Shown one piece after another: positions 42,235 to 53,347 of a DNA stretch of 64,000 nucleotides. Every line of letters starts with the position of its first letter. Within the stretch, counting starts at the first letter, position 1. The notes under the pieces are model-generated. The model was not told the DNA's origin. It did not search any database and worked only from the letters and a program-made list of their open reading frames with translations. The position numbers and the translations under genes were made by a program. Source of the DNA: Escherichia coli (GTDB lineage Bacteria > Pseudomonadota > Gammaproteobacteria > Enterobacterales > Enterobacteriaceae); the NCBI RefSeq assembly GCF_003334335.1, contig NZ_QOWQ01000010.1; one strand, written 5' to 3'.

Positions 42235-43275
42235 ATGACTGGTCAGTCTTCATCTCAGGCGGCAACGCCCATTCAGTGGTGGAAACCCGCGCTTTTCTTT
42301 CTCGTTGTCATTGCCGGTCTCTGGTATGTGAAATGGGAACCTTACTACGGCAAAGCGTTTACTGCTGCCGAAACCCACAGTATCGGTAAATCTATCCTTG
42401 CGCAGGCGGATGCTAACCCATGGCAGGCGGCGTTGGATTACGCGATGATCTATTTCCTCGCGGTATGGAAAGCGGCGGTGCTGGGGGTGATCCTCGGTTC
42501 GTTGATTCAGGTGCTGATCCCGCGTGACTGGTTGTTGCGTACGCTTGGGCAATCGCGCTTTCGCGGCACGCTGCTGGGAACGCTGTTTTCGTTGCCGGGC
42601 ATGATGTGTACCTGCTGTGCGGCTCCGGTCGCGGCGGGAATGCGTCGCCAACAGGTGTCGATGGGCGGTGCGCTGGCATTCTGGATGGGCAATCCGGTGT
42701 TAAACCCGGCGACGCTGGTGTTTATGGGCTTTGTCCTCGGCTGGGGTTTTGCGGCGATTCGTCTGGTGGCCGGGCTGGTGATGGTGTTGCTGATTGCGAC
42801 GCTGGTGCAAAAATGGGTGCGTGAAACACCGCAAACGCAGGCACCGGTCGAAATTGACATACCGGAAGCACAGGGCGGGTTTTTTAGCCGCTGGGGCAGG
42901 GCGCTATGGACGCTTTTCTGGAGTACGATCCCGGTTTACATCCTTGCAGTACTGGTGTTGGGTGCCGCTCGCGTCTGGTTATTCCCCCATGCCGATGGTG
43001 CTGTCGATAACAGCCTGATGTGGGTGGTGGCGATGGCGGTAGCAGGATGCTTGTTTGTCATTCCCACGGCAGCAGAAATTCCGATTGTACAAACGATGAT
43101 GCTGGCAGGTATGGGAACCGCTCCGGCGCTGGCATTGTTGATGACGCTCCCGGCAGTGAGTTTGCCGTCACTGATTATGCTGCGCAAAGCGTTCCCGGCG
43201 AAAGCCTTATGGCTGACAGGGGCGATGGTGGCAGTGTCTGGTGTGATTGTCGGCGGGCTGGCGCTGTTGTTCTGA
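42235..43275 (+). CDS. yraQ: Predicted permease YraQ
   Basis: 346-aa polytopic membrane ORF. Confidence 0.88.
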   Translation: MTGQSSSQAATPIQWWKPALFFLVVIAGLWYVKWEPYYGKAFTAAETHSIGKSILAQADANPWQAALDYAMIYFLAVWKAAVLGVILGSLIQVLIPRDWLLRTLGQSRFRGTLLGTLFSLPGMMCTCCAAPVAAGMRRQQVSMGGALAFWMGNPVLNPATLVFMGFVLGWGFAAIRLVAGLVMVLLIATLVQKWVRETPQTQAPVEIDIPEAQGGFFSRWGRALWTLFWSTIPVYILAVLVLGAARVWLFPHADGAVDNSLMWVVAMAVAGCLFVIPTAAEIPIVQTMMLAGMGTAPALALLMTLPAVSLPSLIMLRKAFPAKALWLTGAMVAVSGVIVGGLALLF

Positions 43276-43292
43276 TTTGAGGGAAAACATGT

Positions 43293-43375
43293 CGGATGCG
43301 GCGTAAACGCCTTATCTGACCTACGGTTTGTATCGTTGTAGGCCTGATAAGACGCGGCAAGCGTCGCATCAGGCA
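43293..43375. repeat. REP/BIME-type palindromic repeat
   Basis: GTCGGATGCGGCGTAAACGCCTTATCTGACCTAC ... GTAGGCCTGATAAGACGCGGCAAGCGTCGCATCAGGC between yraQ and dolP. Confidence 0.7.
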
Positions 43376-43388
43376 TTACAAGGGGCTG

Positions 43389-43964
43389 CTATTTAATAAA
43401 CGTAAACGCCGTAGTTACCCGCTTCACGCCGCTCACCCGGCTGGCAATATCTGCCGCCGCTTTCGCTTCACGTTCAGTCACCAGCCCCATCAGGAACACT
43501 TCACCGTTTTCGGTGGTCACTTTCACGTTGGACGATTTCACCAGGTCGCTGGTTAAGAGCTGCGAACGCACTTTGGTGGTGATCCACGTATCGTTAGATG
43601 CTTCGCCCAGACCAATCGGCTGGCCCTGACGAATCTCGTTATACACTTCGTTGGCACCGTCTACGCCCATAGCAATCTGTTTGGCGCGAGCCGAAAGTTC
43701 AGCATTTGGTGACTGCCCAACCAGCAGCACTTTGCCCTGATAGGCCGTTACATTAATGCGCGCTTCTTTCTTAATCTGTTCGTCTTTCGACAATGCGCTG
43801 TTCACGCGCACTTCCAGGGTACCATCGTCCACCTGGGTGCCGACACTGCGTGGGTCAGTTGCGGCTTTGGTACCCACAGCAGCGGTACCCACTACGGCAG
43901 CGGCAACACAACCTTGCAACAGCAGCGCGGAAATAAGGACTGCGATTGGCGATAATGCCTTCAT
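43389..43964 (-). CDS. dolP: Dual-BON-domain outer-membrane lipoprotein DolP (YraP)
   Basis: 191-aa ORF with lipobox LLQGC and two BON-like repeats. Confidence 0.92.
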   Translation of the reverse strand: MKALSPIAVLISALLLQGCVAAAVVGTAAVGTKAATDPRSVGTQVDDGTLEVRVNSALSKDEQIKKEARINVTAYQGKVLLVGQSPNAELSARAKQIAMGVDGANEVYNEIRQGQPIGLGEASNDTWITTKVRSQLLTSDLVKSSNVKVTTENGEVFLMGLVTEREAKAAADIASRVSGVKRVTTAFTFIK

Positions 43965-43973
43965 GTATTCTCC

Positions 43974-44564
43974 TTAATCATCCTGGTGAGGGAAAAGCGT
44001 GTTATCGATCAGATCGCACAGGCAATTTACCGTCAGCATATGCATTTCCTGAATGCGAGCACTACGATGCGAAGGAATGCGGATCTCCACATCCTGTGGC
44101 CCTAACAAACCTGCAAGTTCGCCGCCGTCATAGCCGGTCAATGCCACAATGGTCATATCACGCGTAACGGCGGCTTCAACTGCTTTAACAATATCGCGGC
44201 TGTTGCCACGGGTGGAAATGGCTAACAATACATCTCCCGCATGACCCAGCGCCCGCACCTGTTTTGCATACACTTCATCATGTAAGCGATCGTTGGCAAT
44301 CGCCGTTAAGACAACATTATCAGTATTTAGTGCAATGGCAGGTAAGCTGGGCCGCTCCGTTTCGAAACGGTTGATCATGCTGGCAGCAAAATGCTGTGCA
44401 TTGGCAGCGGAAGTTCCATTACCACAACAGAGGATTTTGTTGCCATTGAGCAGAGACTGAACCAGCGTCATGGCTGCACGGGAGATGGCATCCGGAAGCG
44501 CCTCTGCCGCCGCAATTTGAGTTTGAATGCTTTCAGTGAAGCAAGCTTTAATTCTTTCTTGCAC
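43974..44564 (-). CDS. diaA: SIS-domain DnaA initiator-associating protein DiaA
   Basis: 196-aa [64 protein letters not shown]... Confidence 0.93.
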
Positions 44565-44583
44565 GCTAATCCTTAAACCTTAA

Positions 44584-44979
44584 TTATGAGTGGTCATTAA
44601 AGGCATCCTTAATCCACTCAACCTCATTCCCGGTGAAGGCTACCACATCGAACCGGCAATCCACAGTATCAAAACTCCCATTATGACGCGCGAGCCACAA
44701 GCGGGCAGTCTGTAATAATTTGTGTTGTTTGCTGCGGGTCACACTGGCTGCCGCGCCGCCATAAAGCGCAGAGCGGCGATAGCGTACCTCGACAAAAATG
44801 GTGGTCCGGCCTTCACGCATTATCAGATCGATCTCGCCGCCACGCTCGTTCACGTTAGCGGCGATAAACCGCAGTCCTTTGCCTTCCAGCCAGCGACGCG
44901 CTTGTGCTTCCCACGCATCGCCGGTCTGTTTGGTGGTTAACTGACGGGGACTACCTGACCTTGTTGGTACTGTAGCCAT
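44584..44979 (-). CDS. yraN: UPF0102 protein YraN
   Basis: 131-aa ORF; 5' end overlaps the lpoA 3' end by 43 nt. Confidence 0.85.
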   Translation of the reverse strand: MATVPTRSGSPRQLTTKQTGDAWEAQARRWLEGKGLRFIAANVNERGGEIDLIMREGRTTIFVEVRYRRSALYGGAAASVTRSKQHKLLQTARLWLARHNGSFDTVDCRFDVVAFTGNEVEWIKDAFNDHS

Positions 44980-46973
44980 GATAAGTTCCTGTTAATCACG
45001 CAATCCGGGTTAGCCGTCAGGCTTCCGGTATTACCGTTGATTTCAAAACCCTGAACCTGGCGCATTTGTGAGAAATGATTTGCCAGCGACCAGGCATCGA
45101 CGCCCATCGCATACATGCGAGCCAGTGAATAATCGTTATTCACCGCGCTGAGTGCCTGCTGCATTAACGGTAGATTACCGCCTGCCAGCATCGGGATTTC
45201 GCTGTACTGCAAGCCTTCCATCTCCAGTCGGAAATCCGGGCCAGCGGTCCCTTGCGCACTGCGGGAGCTGGCGTACAGCGTTGCACCGCTCTGGCTACCG
45301 TTACGCATGGCGATCATCGGTTTGATAAAAGCGATTTCACCCGGCGTTGCCACAATGTACACCGCATCGACACGACCGCCATTATTGGTGAACTGGTCAT
45401 CGGTTGGCGTGGTTTGCAGCGTTGGATTGTTGGTCGTCATGCCGGAGTCGGTTGTCGCTCTGAGAGTAATCGGGCTACCCGTTAAAGCAATACCAGAACC
45501 GCCGTTAACACCCGCGCGTAATTCGCTGGTGGAACCAAATTTTTGTTGCAGAACGGTGCCGCCGCCCAGTTTCTGCCACTCTTGCGCAAACGCATTGGCT
45601 ACGCGATCGCCCAATGAACTGCGTGGGATCAGCACCAGCGGCGCTTGTTTACCCTGGTCACGAATATGACGCGCTGCATCGCGCGCTTCGTCTTCCGGTG
45701 AAAGCGCGAAGTAACAAATATTGACGCGATTTTCGATATTCTCCGGCTGGTTCAGTGCCAGTACGTTCAGCGGAGTGTTGCTCTTCAGCAACTCTTCAAC
45801 GTTATTTTTCAGCAACGGACCGACCACAATACTCGCGCCATCCTGCTGAACCTGGCTTAAGATCTGGCTAAGTGGTTGTGATGAGGTATCGTAGATTTTC
45901 AGCTCTGCGGATGGATTTGCGGGTGCGCTTACCGCTGCGGTGCTTGTCGCCGGGGCGCTTACAGGCACCGGCTGGGCTGCAGGCTGTTCACCGGTCAGAT
46001 CGCTAACCGAGGCTTGTGCCGGGCTGGCAACGCCATCCACGGTTTGCGGCTGAGGTTGTTCAGCTACGTCTGCGGCAGGTGCGGCAGCTACCTGAGCTGC
46101 CACTGGCTGAGTGCCGATACTTTTCGCCGCTTCAAAGCCTTGCTGAATAGTGCGACCAAATACCGCTGCCTGGCCATTCAGTGGCAACAGCAGGGCGATT
46201 TTGTTGGTCGAGGCTGGTTTAAACGCTTTTACGTTAACCAACTGCGTTGGCAGCATTTTCGCGCCCGGATTGTTCGGATAACGTTTCTGCCAGTCGGCGA
46301 TCCCGGCTTTCATCATGTCGGGATCGTTACGGTTATCAAACCAGACGCGCTGCAGATCCAGCCAGCCTTGCAGAATATTTTCGTCGGCGTTGATCACCAG
46401 CGTATTCGCCTGTTCCTGAGTCATGGAGGAGAGCGCCTGCCAGGTGGCATCAATATTCTGCTGTTTTTCTTTCGCGCCAAGCAGCGGTTCCTGAGCAATT
46501 AACGCGCGCAGTAAATCAATGGAAGGACGCCCCTGGCTGGCATCGATTTTTGCCTGCCAGTAACGCGCTTGCTGGTTTTGTTCTAAATCGGCAGGTGTGA
46601 TTTTCGCCAGCAAGTTTTGCGCGCCAGCAAAATCTTTCTGCGCCAGTTTAATCTCTACCGCCAGCAGTGTTTTCTCGCGACGCTGAGCATCGTTCAGTTC
46701 TTGCGGTAGTTGGTTAAACAACTCAACCGCCTGCCCGGTTTTACCTTCTTTCACCAGTGCACGAATGGCGAGTAATTGCCAGTTGATCCTGGTATCATCA
46801 GAGCTTTGCTGCATCTGCTGAAGATAAAAGGCAGAATCAGCCTGCGCCGTGCCCTGCATATAAGCAGTGGACTGATCGGGAGTATGGGTGCCACAACCGG
46901 CGAAAATCAGGGCTGCCAGAACAACAGGCAGACAACGCGCGGCTTTCAAACGAGAAAATGTTGAGGGTACCAT
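44937..46973 (-). CDS. lpoA: PBP1A activator lipoprotein LpoA (YraM)
   Basis: ORF-track 44937..47003 trimmed to ATG 46973 ([27 protein letters not shown]..., lipobox), 678 aa; proline/alanine-rich linker. Confidence 0.92.
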   Translation of the reverse strand: MVPSTFSRLKAARCLPVVLAALIFAGCGTHTPDQSTAYMQGTAQADSAFYLQQMQQSSDDTRINWQLLAIRALVKEGKTGQAVELFNQLPQELNDAQRREKTLLAVEIKLAQKDFAGAQNLLAKITPADLEQNQQARYWQAKIDASQGRPSIDLLRALIAQEPLLGAKEKQQNIDATWQALSSMTQEQANTLVINADENILQGWLDLQRVWFDNRNDPDMMKAGIADWQKRYPNNPGAKMLPTQLVNVKAFKPASTNKIALLLPLNGQAAVFGRTIQQGFEAAKSIGTQPVAAQVAAAPAADVAEQPQPQTVDGVASPAQASVSDLTGEQPAAQPVPVSAPATSTAAVSAPANPSAELKIYDTSSQPLSQILSQVQQDGASIVVGPLLKNNVEELLKSNTPLNVLALNQPENIENRVNICYFALSPEDEARDAARHIRDQGKQAPLVLIPRSSLGDRVANAFAQEWQKLGGGTVLQQKFGSTSELRAGVNGGSGIALTGSPITLRATTDSGMTTNNPTLQTTPTDDQFTNNGGRVDAVYIVATPGEIAFIKPMIAMRNGSQSGATLYASSRSAQGTAGPDFRLEMEGLQYSEIPMLAGGNLPLMQQALSAVNNDYSLARMYAMGVDAWSLANHFSQMRQVQGFEINGNTGSLTANPDCVINRNLSWLQYQQGQVVPVS

Positions 46974-47037
46974 AATGTATCCAGTGATATTTTTTTTACG
47001 CAATGCTCAATATTAAATCGGCAATACGGACGACACA

Positions 47038-47898
47038 ATGAAACAACACCAATCGGCGGATAATTCTCAGGGCCAGCTTTACATTGTACCGACGCCAATC
47101 GGCAATCTGGCGGATATCACCCAGCGTGCGTTAGAGGTATTACAGGCCGTTGATCTGATTGCCGCCGAGGATACTCGTCACACCGGTTTATTGCTGCAAC
47201 ATTTTGGGATTAATGCCCGGTTGTTTGCGCTGCACGACCATAACGAACAACAAAAAGCTGAAACGCTGCTGGCGAAGCTGCAAGAGGGGCAAAACATTGC
47301 GCTGGTTTCCGATGCCGGAACGCCGCTAATTAACGATCCTGGCTACCATCTGGTGCGTACCTGCCGTGAAGCGGGGATCCGCGTGGTGCCGCTACCCGGG
47401 CCGTGTGCTGCTATCACTGCGTTAAGCGCAGCGGGTTTACCCTCTGACCGTTTCTGTTACGAAGGCTTTTTACCTGCCAAATCAAAAGGCCGCCGTGATG
47501 CGCTAAAAGCCATTGAAGCGGAGCCGCGCACGCTGATTTTTTATGAATCTACCCACCGTCTGTTAGATAGCCTGGAAGATATCGTTGCGGTATTAGGCGA
47601 ATCCCGCTACGTGGTTCTGGCGCGTGAGCTGACCAAAACCTGGGAAACCATTCACGGCGCGCCCGTTGGCGAGCTGCTGGCGTGGGTAAAGGAAGATGAA
47701 AACCGTCGCAAAGGCGAAATGGTGCTGATTGTCGAAGGTCATAAAGCACAGGAAGAAGACTTACCCGCCGATGCCCTGCGCACGCTGGCGCTGCTACAGG
47801 CAGAACTGCCGCTGAAAAAAGCGGCGGCGCTGGCCGCAGAAATTCACGGCGTGAAGAAAAATGCGCTGTATAAGTATGCGCTGGAGCAGCAGGGGTAA
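47038..47898 (+). CDS. rsmI: 16S rRNA C1402 2'-O-methyltransferase RsmI (YraL)
   Basis: 286-aa ORF with tetrapyrrole-methylase-type fold motif [14 protein letters not shown]. Confidence 0.93.
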
Positions 47899-47907
47899 CA
47901 GTGCCGA

Positions 47908-47940
47908 AGCGTTGCGTTAATCAAAACGCAACGTCTTCTT
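47908..47940. terminator. Hairpin terminator between convergent rsmI and yraK
   Basis: GTTGCGTT-AATCAA-AACGCAAC stem-loop followed by T-rich tract in the 42-bp gap. Confidence 0.5.
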
Positions 47941-49032
47941 TTACCGCACGATGACGGTAATGGTGGCTGTGCCCTGAAATTTTCCTGTTTCCAGCTCACC
48001 ACCGACCAGATTAACTGGCCAGGCGCGCATATTGACGGTGCCATGCCCGGAAGGATCAACGGGAAGGATACCGTTCTGAAAAGGAATATTTGCAACTCCG
48101 CCGCCGAGATTTTCAATACGAATACCGACATCGGGCACATTGTCTGAACTTCTTCGCCTGGCGACCAGGTTGTACTGGTCTACTACCCCAGTTGTACCGT
48201 CGATGCGCATTTGCAACGAGTTTTTAATCTTTGAAGTATCACCACAGTCATAAGTGATATCAAAGTCTACTGGAGTAAAACCGTCTGGCATGGCATTGCG
48301 GGTGGTAAACTTCTGACCATTGATGAATCCAAAATTAACCTTAATAACATCGCCCTGATTAATTTTGCACGACTGTGGGGCGGTGAGATTTCCCTGAATC
48401 GATAACTTGACTAAATCATGGAAGTCACCTGTAGACGGGCTTCCCATTCCATCGACCCACGCGCCTTTAATGACGGCAATATCCGTTTTCGGAATGGTCA
48501 TCGAGCCGAGAAATGGCTTGGTGACATACAGGGTAAAGGTGGTGTTCGCACCAATATTAACGGGTCCATAACGAGACGTATCACCCTGGCAAACACCCGT
48601 TTGGGTTGCAGCAGAATATACCGTGTTGTTTTTTATCTGTGTGAATCGGGTGTTAACAGAGACAACCTGGTCGGTTGTGAGTCCTGGAATGTCGTTTGCC
48701 TGTAATGTGGTTTTAATATCCAGGCTGTCATTGAGTTTGTAATATCCTGTCTGATGTCCAGTGGTGGTAAGTACGGGGCTGACCATATAGACAAGTTTAA
48801 CTGCCTTACCCGCAGAGCAGGAACAGGCGTATTGCCAGTTAGTGCTACTTAGCGTTGCAGAGGTAAACTCCCGTCCTGTCACGTTATCTGTCTGGTTCAC
48901 CGTAACATCATCAACCACACTGCTGTAATTTGTCGCACCGCTAGTGCTGTCGGCTCCACACCCTCCTGAGGAGGCATAAGCGCAGGATGTGGATATCAAC
49001 AAAAGACCTGTTATAAGAGGCGCTCTTTTCAT
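47941..49032 (-). CDS. yraK: Fimbrial adhesin-like subunit YraK
   Basis: ORF-track 47941..49290 trimmed to ATG 49032 (MKRAPLITGLLLISTSCAYA signal peptide), 363 aa; last gene of chaperone-usher operon. Confidence 0.8.
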   Translation of the reverse strand: MKRAPLITGLLLISTSCAYASSGGCGADSTSGATNYSSVVDDVTVNQTDNVTGREFTSATLSSTNWQYACSCSAGKAVKLVYMVSPVLTTTGHQTGYYKLNDSLDIKTTLQANDIPGLTTDQVVSVNTRFTQIKNNTVYSAATQTGVCQGDTSRYGPVNIGANTTFTLYVTKPFLGSMTIPKTDIAVIKGAWVDGMGSPSTGDFHDLVKLSIQGNLTAPQSCKINQGDVIKVNFGFINGQKFTTRNAMPDGFTPVDFDITYDCGDTSKIKNSLQMRIDGTTGVVDQYNLVARRRSSDNVPDVGIRIENLGGGVANIPFQNGILPVDPSGHGTVNMRAWPVNLVGGELETGKFQGTATITVIVR

Positions 49033-49042
49033 TTTTTTATCC

Positions 49043-51559
49043 TTAATGGCACTGCGCTGTGCCTTGTAATACAGAGGTTGTAGGTTCTGAATCCGGTGTA
49101 CTGAAAGCAAACTGACATTGTTGATCTGCCTGATTTCCCCAGCGTACAGTCCAGCTTTGTGATTTACTCGATATCCCAGAGAGATATAGTATGCCGCCCT
49201 CATCGACGATACTTTGTTGCCCTGTATCATCGTTGCTGGCAAGAGCGCCAAAGGGCAACGGTTTACCGTTGCGATCGCTGACTGTAACAAGTACGCGATA
49301 ACCGATATTGGCGTTGAAACGCGCCGCTACCATTGCACCTCTGTTGGGCACCACAAACTGTGTTGTTTGTTCAAGATCGACGTTATCGGGCAGCTGCGTA
49401 GTATCTACCGAGAGACGGTTTTCCTGATAAGTTGTGAGATAAGGAACCACTGCATAGCCAAAAGGATCGGTAGCAATCCCCGGATAGTTTTGTATCCTCA
49501 CGCCAGATGCTCCGTTAGCATCGATAAGCGCAAAAGCGTTGCCCAGATATTGCGAGAGCGTCACGCCATGAGGATGGATAACCACGCCGCCGGTAACGCC
49601 GTAATTGTATTGGCTGCTGTCATTACCGTAGCTGTATCCGGCACTGAAGGTGCCATAAGGTGAACGGTAACTGGCGTTCAGGCTACTGTTATGGTTGTTA
49701 TCGTCATCCAGACTTTGTTCCAGGCTATAGCTCAGGCGACCATCATCCAGCAGTGAGCCATCAAGACGCATTTCATGTTGGGTTGGGCGATCTTTCTGGC
49801 TGGTCATCTGATAGGAAACCCGGCTACGCGGTAACCAGCGTTCTAACGGAATACTGAGATTCAAAGAGAGTGCGCGGTCATTATTTTGATCAGTGTAGCG
49901 GCTGTATTGATAATTCAGGCTGTAACCAACTCCCCATTGCTGGCCGGAAACCCCAACAGAGATATTCCTGTTTTTATCGTTATTGCCCCAATAGTCTTGC
50001 TGCGAACCGGAGGCATACAGACTTACCCCATCAAATATTGTCTGGCTGATGTTGAATTGAATTTCACTTTTTTGGCGACTGTTATAGTCCCAATTGCGGG
50101 TATTGGCTTCATTAAAACTAAAATAGCCATCGTTGGTATAGCGATAGTAGCTGACAGCGATATTGGTGTTGGTTTCCGGGATATCTTTGATGTACTGCGT
50201 ACGCCATTGATAGCCATGAAAAGAGTGCTGGTTATCGAATTGGGTGTCAGCTCTGTTGATATCCATCGACAACGCGCCCAGTGCGCCAAGTGTGCCGCCG
50301 ATACCGATCCCCAGCGCATAATAATCTTCAGAACCGAGCAGGCCGCCATACAGCGTAAAAGTATTATTCAAACCATATATTGCCGTGGCTTCAGCAAATT
50401 CGGGTTCCTTGCTATCACTGTTTGCATCAGCGCGATAGCGTCCAGCGGTCGCGCTATACTTTAGATGCCCAGGTCGCTGCATCATGGGTAATGAAGAATA
50501 AGGCTGGATAAAGCGACGTTGTGTACCGTCACTTTCTTCAATCGTGACTTCTAAATCGCCGCTGTTGGAAGAGGGGTAGAGATCGTTAATTTCAAAGGCA
50601 CCCGCTGACACGTTGCTTTGATAGATCACATAACCATTTTGCCTGATAGTCACGATTGCACTACTGTTTGCGATACCGCGTACCGTTGGGGCAAATCCGC
50701 GCTGGCTGTTTGGCAACATATTATCGTCGGAAGCGAGTTGCACGCCAGTAAAGGTGTAGCTGGAAAAAATACTGCCGCTGGTGGCGCTTTCTCCCAGAAG
50801 CAACTGAGACTTCAACGCCTTGATATCACGTTGTAAATAACTACTGATGGTATTCCAGCTTGATGTCTGATCGTTGCGTGTCCATGTGGAATAGTTGCGT
50901 AATCGCCAGGGGCCAAAATTAGCACCATTTTGCATATTCAGGTACTGTCGTTGGCTACGATTGCCCTGGCGGTAACGGTTATCAGAACCTGTAAACGAGT
51001 AGTTGGTAAACAGCGTTGGTATACCATCGTCCCAACGAGAAGGGGAGACGTAACCTCTTGCATCACGGTACAGTGCAATTTGGGGAATGCTCAAATTAAG
51101 TTGCTGATGATTGAAATCAAATTCAGCAGCTGTACCGGGAATGATTTGTTCAAGCGAGTTGATCACGCTATCGTCATCTTTTTCAGCCAGCGCCGGGATT
51201 TCATCCACCTTAATACCCAGCTCACGTAGTTGTTCTACCGTAAACTGTGGCTGCAGAAGTTGCTCTGCATTGGCGGTAAATGTAATTTTTTTCTGTGAAA
51301 CCTTCTTTTTATTCAGCCAGATATCAACCTGATAAGTTCCTGGTAGTTGTGCATATTTTTTTGAAAAACGCGACAGATCGGTTGTTTGCATACCACTTTT
51401 TGTGGTTTCCAGCATAATGGGGTCGAAATAATACTCTTCGGCGTTAGCGGTAGTGCAAAGCATGCCGCTGCCAGTGAGCACCATCGGCAAACAACGTTTG
51501 ATGATGAGCGCCAACTGTTTCGGTGTGCGTTTATGTCCCTGGTGGTGTCGTTGTGGCAT
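49043..51559 (-). CDS. yraJ: Fimbrial outer-membrane usher YraJ
   Basis: ORF-track 49043..51634 trimmed to ATG 51559 (MPQRHHQGHKRTPKQLALIIKRCLPMVLTGSGMLCTTANA), 838 aa, usher family. Confidence 0.88.
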   Translation of the reverse strand: MPQRHHQGHKRTPKQLALIIKRCLPMVLTGSGMLCTTANAEEYYFDPIMLETTKSGMQTTDLSRFSKKYAQLPGTYQVDIWLNKKKVSQKKITFTANAEQLLQPQFTVEQLRELGIKVDEIPALAEKDDDSVINSLEQIIPGTAAEFDFNHQQLNLSIPQIALYRDARGYVSPSRWDDGIPTLFTNYSFTGSDNRYRQGNRSQRQYLNMQNGANFGPWRLRNYSTWTRNDQTSSWNTISSYLQRDIKALKSQLLLGESATSGSIFSSYTFTGVQLASDDNMLPNSQRGFAPTVRGIANSSAIVTIRQNGYVIYQSNVSAGAFEINDLYPSSNSGDLEVTIEESDGTQRRFIQPYSSLPMMQRPGHLKYSATAGRYRADANSDSKEPEFAEATAIYGLNNTFTLYGGLLGSEDYYALGIGIGGTLGALGALSMDINRADTQFDNQHSFHGYQWRTQYIKDIPETNTNIAVSYYRYTNDGYFSFNEANTRNWDYNSRQKSEIQFNISQTIFDGVSLYASGSQQDYWGNNDKNRNISVGVSGQQWGVGYSLNYQYSRYTDQNNDRALSLNLSIPLERWLPRSRVSYQMTSQKDRPTQHEMRLDGSLLDDGRLSYSLEQSLDDDNNHNSSLNASYRSPYGTFSAGYSYGNDSSQYNYGVTGGVVIHPHGVTLSQYLGNAFALIDANGASGVRIQNYPGIATDPFGYAVVPYLTTYQENRLSVDTTQLPDNVDLEQTTQFVVPNRGAMVAARFNANIGYRVLVTVSDRNGKPLPFGALASNDDTGQQSIVDEGGILYLSGISSKSQSWTVRWGNQADQQCQFAFSTPDSEPTTSVLQGTAQCH

Positions 51560-51587
51560 TCCCTGATGACCTGTGTTTTTATATTTT

Positions 51588-52283
51588 TTATTGCAGTGGA
51601 CGAGTTTCTGTCCCGGAACTGCCGCCATAATCATTGATCGCAGCCCATTTCACGTTCTTTCCGCCAGATGCAGGAAGTGGTAACTGTTTATGTTCTCCGG
51701 GCGCGATATATTCAATTTTGCTTGTGAGATCGGTTTTATCGACTGCCAGTCCGGCAAATACGACGTAATATTCAGTTGGGTTATATATATTGAGTGAATG
51801 GTCACTACGTTTAAATTCCAGTGATTTCCACGCATCGTTTACCCGTCCCTTCAGGTGTGCGGGGCGATAAAACATTTTGATCCGTGTTTTAAATACCAGC
51901 GTCAACTCGTTAGCATTAACATCATCTGATTTTTTCTTTGCTGGAATGGCACGAACATTAATGTAGAACAGCGACTCTTTATTTTCAGGCAGGTTATCAG
52001 CTGTTTTAATAATTCGCAGTGATGAGTCATCGCCAGCCTCAAGACGAAATAGCGGTGGGGTTATAATAAATGGGGCACGGCTTTTACCATCTATATTATC
52101 TACCCATGATTGCAGTAAATAAGGCGTTTCTGCGCCTTTGTTTGCGACAGGTAACGCAGCCTCTTTGCGGCTGGCATCATAGATCACTCGCGTTCGCTGT
52201 AAAACGATTCCTCCTGCAAGCGCCTGGCCAATACAGAAGCTACACAACAAGGTTAATATCACCGCGAATGTTCGTTTTGACAT
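51588..52283 (-). CDS. yraI: Periplasmic pilus chaperone YraI
   Basis: 231-aa ORF with signal peptide, PapD-like chaperone fold. Confidence 0.9.
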
Positions 52284-52362
52284 AGTTATTTTTCAACCTG
52301 ATACAACGAGAAAGAGGAAGGAAAAGGGCGTTATCTGACAGGTCAGATAACGCCCTAACGTA

Positions 52363-52947
52363 TTAACGGTAATCCAGCGTTACGTTAACGATAGCGTCTG
52401 CTTCCCCTGGGGTGATTTCTGATGGAACTACGGTTGATACGTAGTAAGCGATGAGGTCAACATTGACAATACCATTGGATTCCGCCGGGATCTGATAAAC
52501 CGTGTTATCATTGCCCATAGCATTCAGTGGCATAATGTTTCCGCTTTCCGCATCGTCAATACGGATACCCACACCTGTTGCCGCTATGCCAGCAAAAGAG
52601 CCTACTTTTGCCAGATTAGGGAAGTTAGGGACGGTGCCATTATCTCGCGTTTCCAGCCATAGACGGAAAGACGCTTCAACGTTGCCGTTATCGTGCTCCC
52701 ACCCAGTCATTGGGCAGTTAACTAAAGGAATAGTGAATGGAATTTTTGGGCTACGCTCGCCAATATTACGAAACTGTTCGGCATTATAGTGACCAAGAGC
52801 AACTTCAATTTTCTTATCAGAGTCATTGATTTCACAAGCGGATTTTAAAATCTCGCCATCAAAAACTATTTCACCATCGGTTGCAGCGGCATTACCTGCG
52901 AAAAGCGCAAGTAAGCCCGCAATAGCTGTTTTTGTAACTTTATTCAT
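52363..52947 (-). CDS. yraH: Fimbrial subunit YraH
   Basis: 194-aa ORF with signal peptide MNKVTKTAIAGLLALFAGNAAA; first gene of yraHIJK. Confidence 0.88.
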   Translation of the reverse strand: MNKVTKTAIAGLLALFAGNAAATDGEIVFDGEILKSACEINDSDKKIEVALGHYNAEQFRNIGERSPKIPFTIPLVNCPMTGWEHDNGNVEASFRLWLETRDNGTVPNFPNLAKVGSFAGIAATGVGIRIDDAESGNIMPLNAMGNDNTVYQIPAESNGIVNVDLIAYYVSTVVPSEITPGEADAIVNVTLDYR

Positions 52948-53347
52948 ATATAACCTTATCCTTGTAACAAGTACATAATCATATTTAATGTGAATATATG
53001 TTCAACATCTTTAAAGATTATACAGGCAGAAATATTTCATTGAACATTAAATAGACTGAGCTTTAAGATTATATTTATATGCAAATATTTGATATTTTCA
53101 TTATATTGATATCAATTTTCTATGTATTCAAAAGAGTATAAATGCCTGACTTTGCTGCGCCAGGGGGCGAGTCAGAATACGAGGTGATTTATTAATAGAA
53201 CAAGTTATATGTATATCTAAAATTAAATTGTTGAACATAACTCCTTTTGCTATCGGCGTTATGTTCAACCCAGTCAAATGTTATTTAATATAATGCGTGA
53301 CTGTTACATAAGTTAATTTAAACATTTTGAGCAAATTTTTCATCTGG

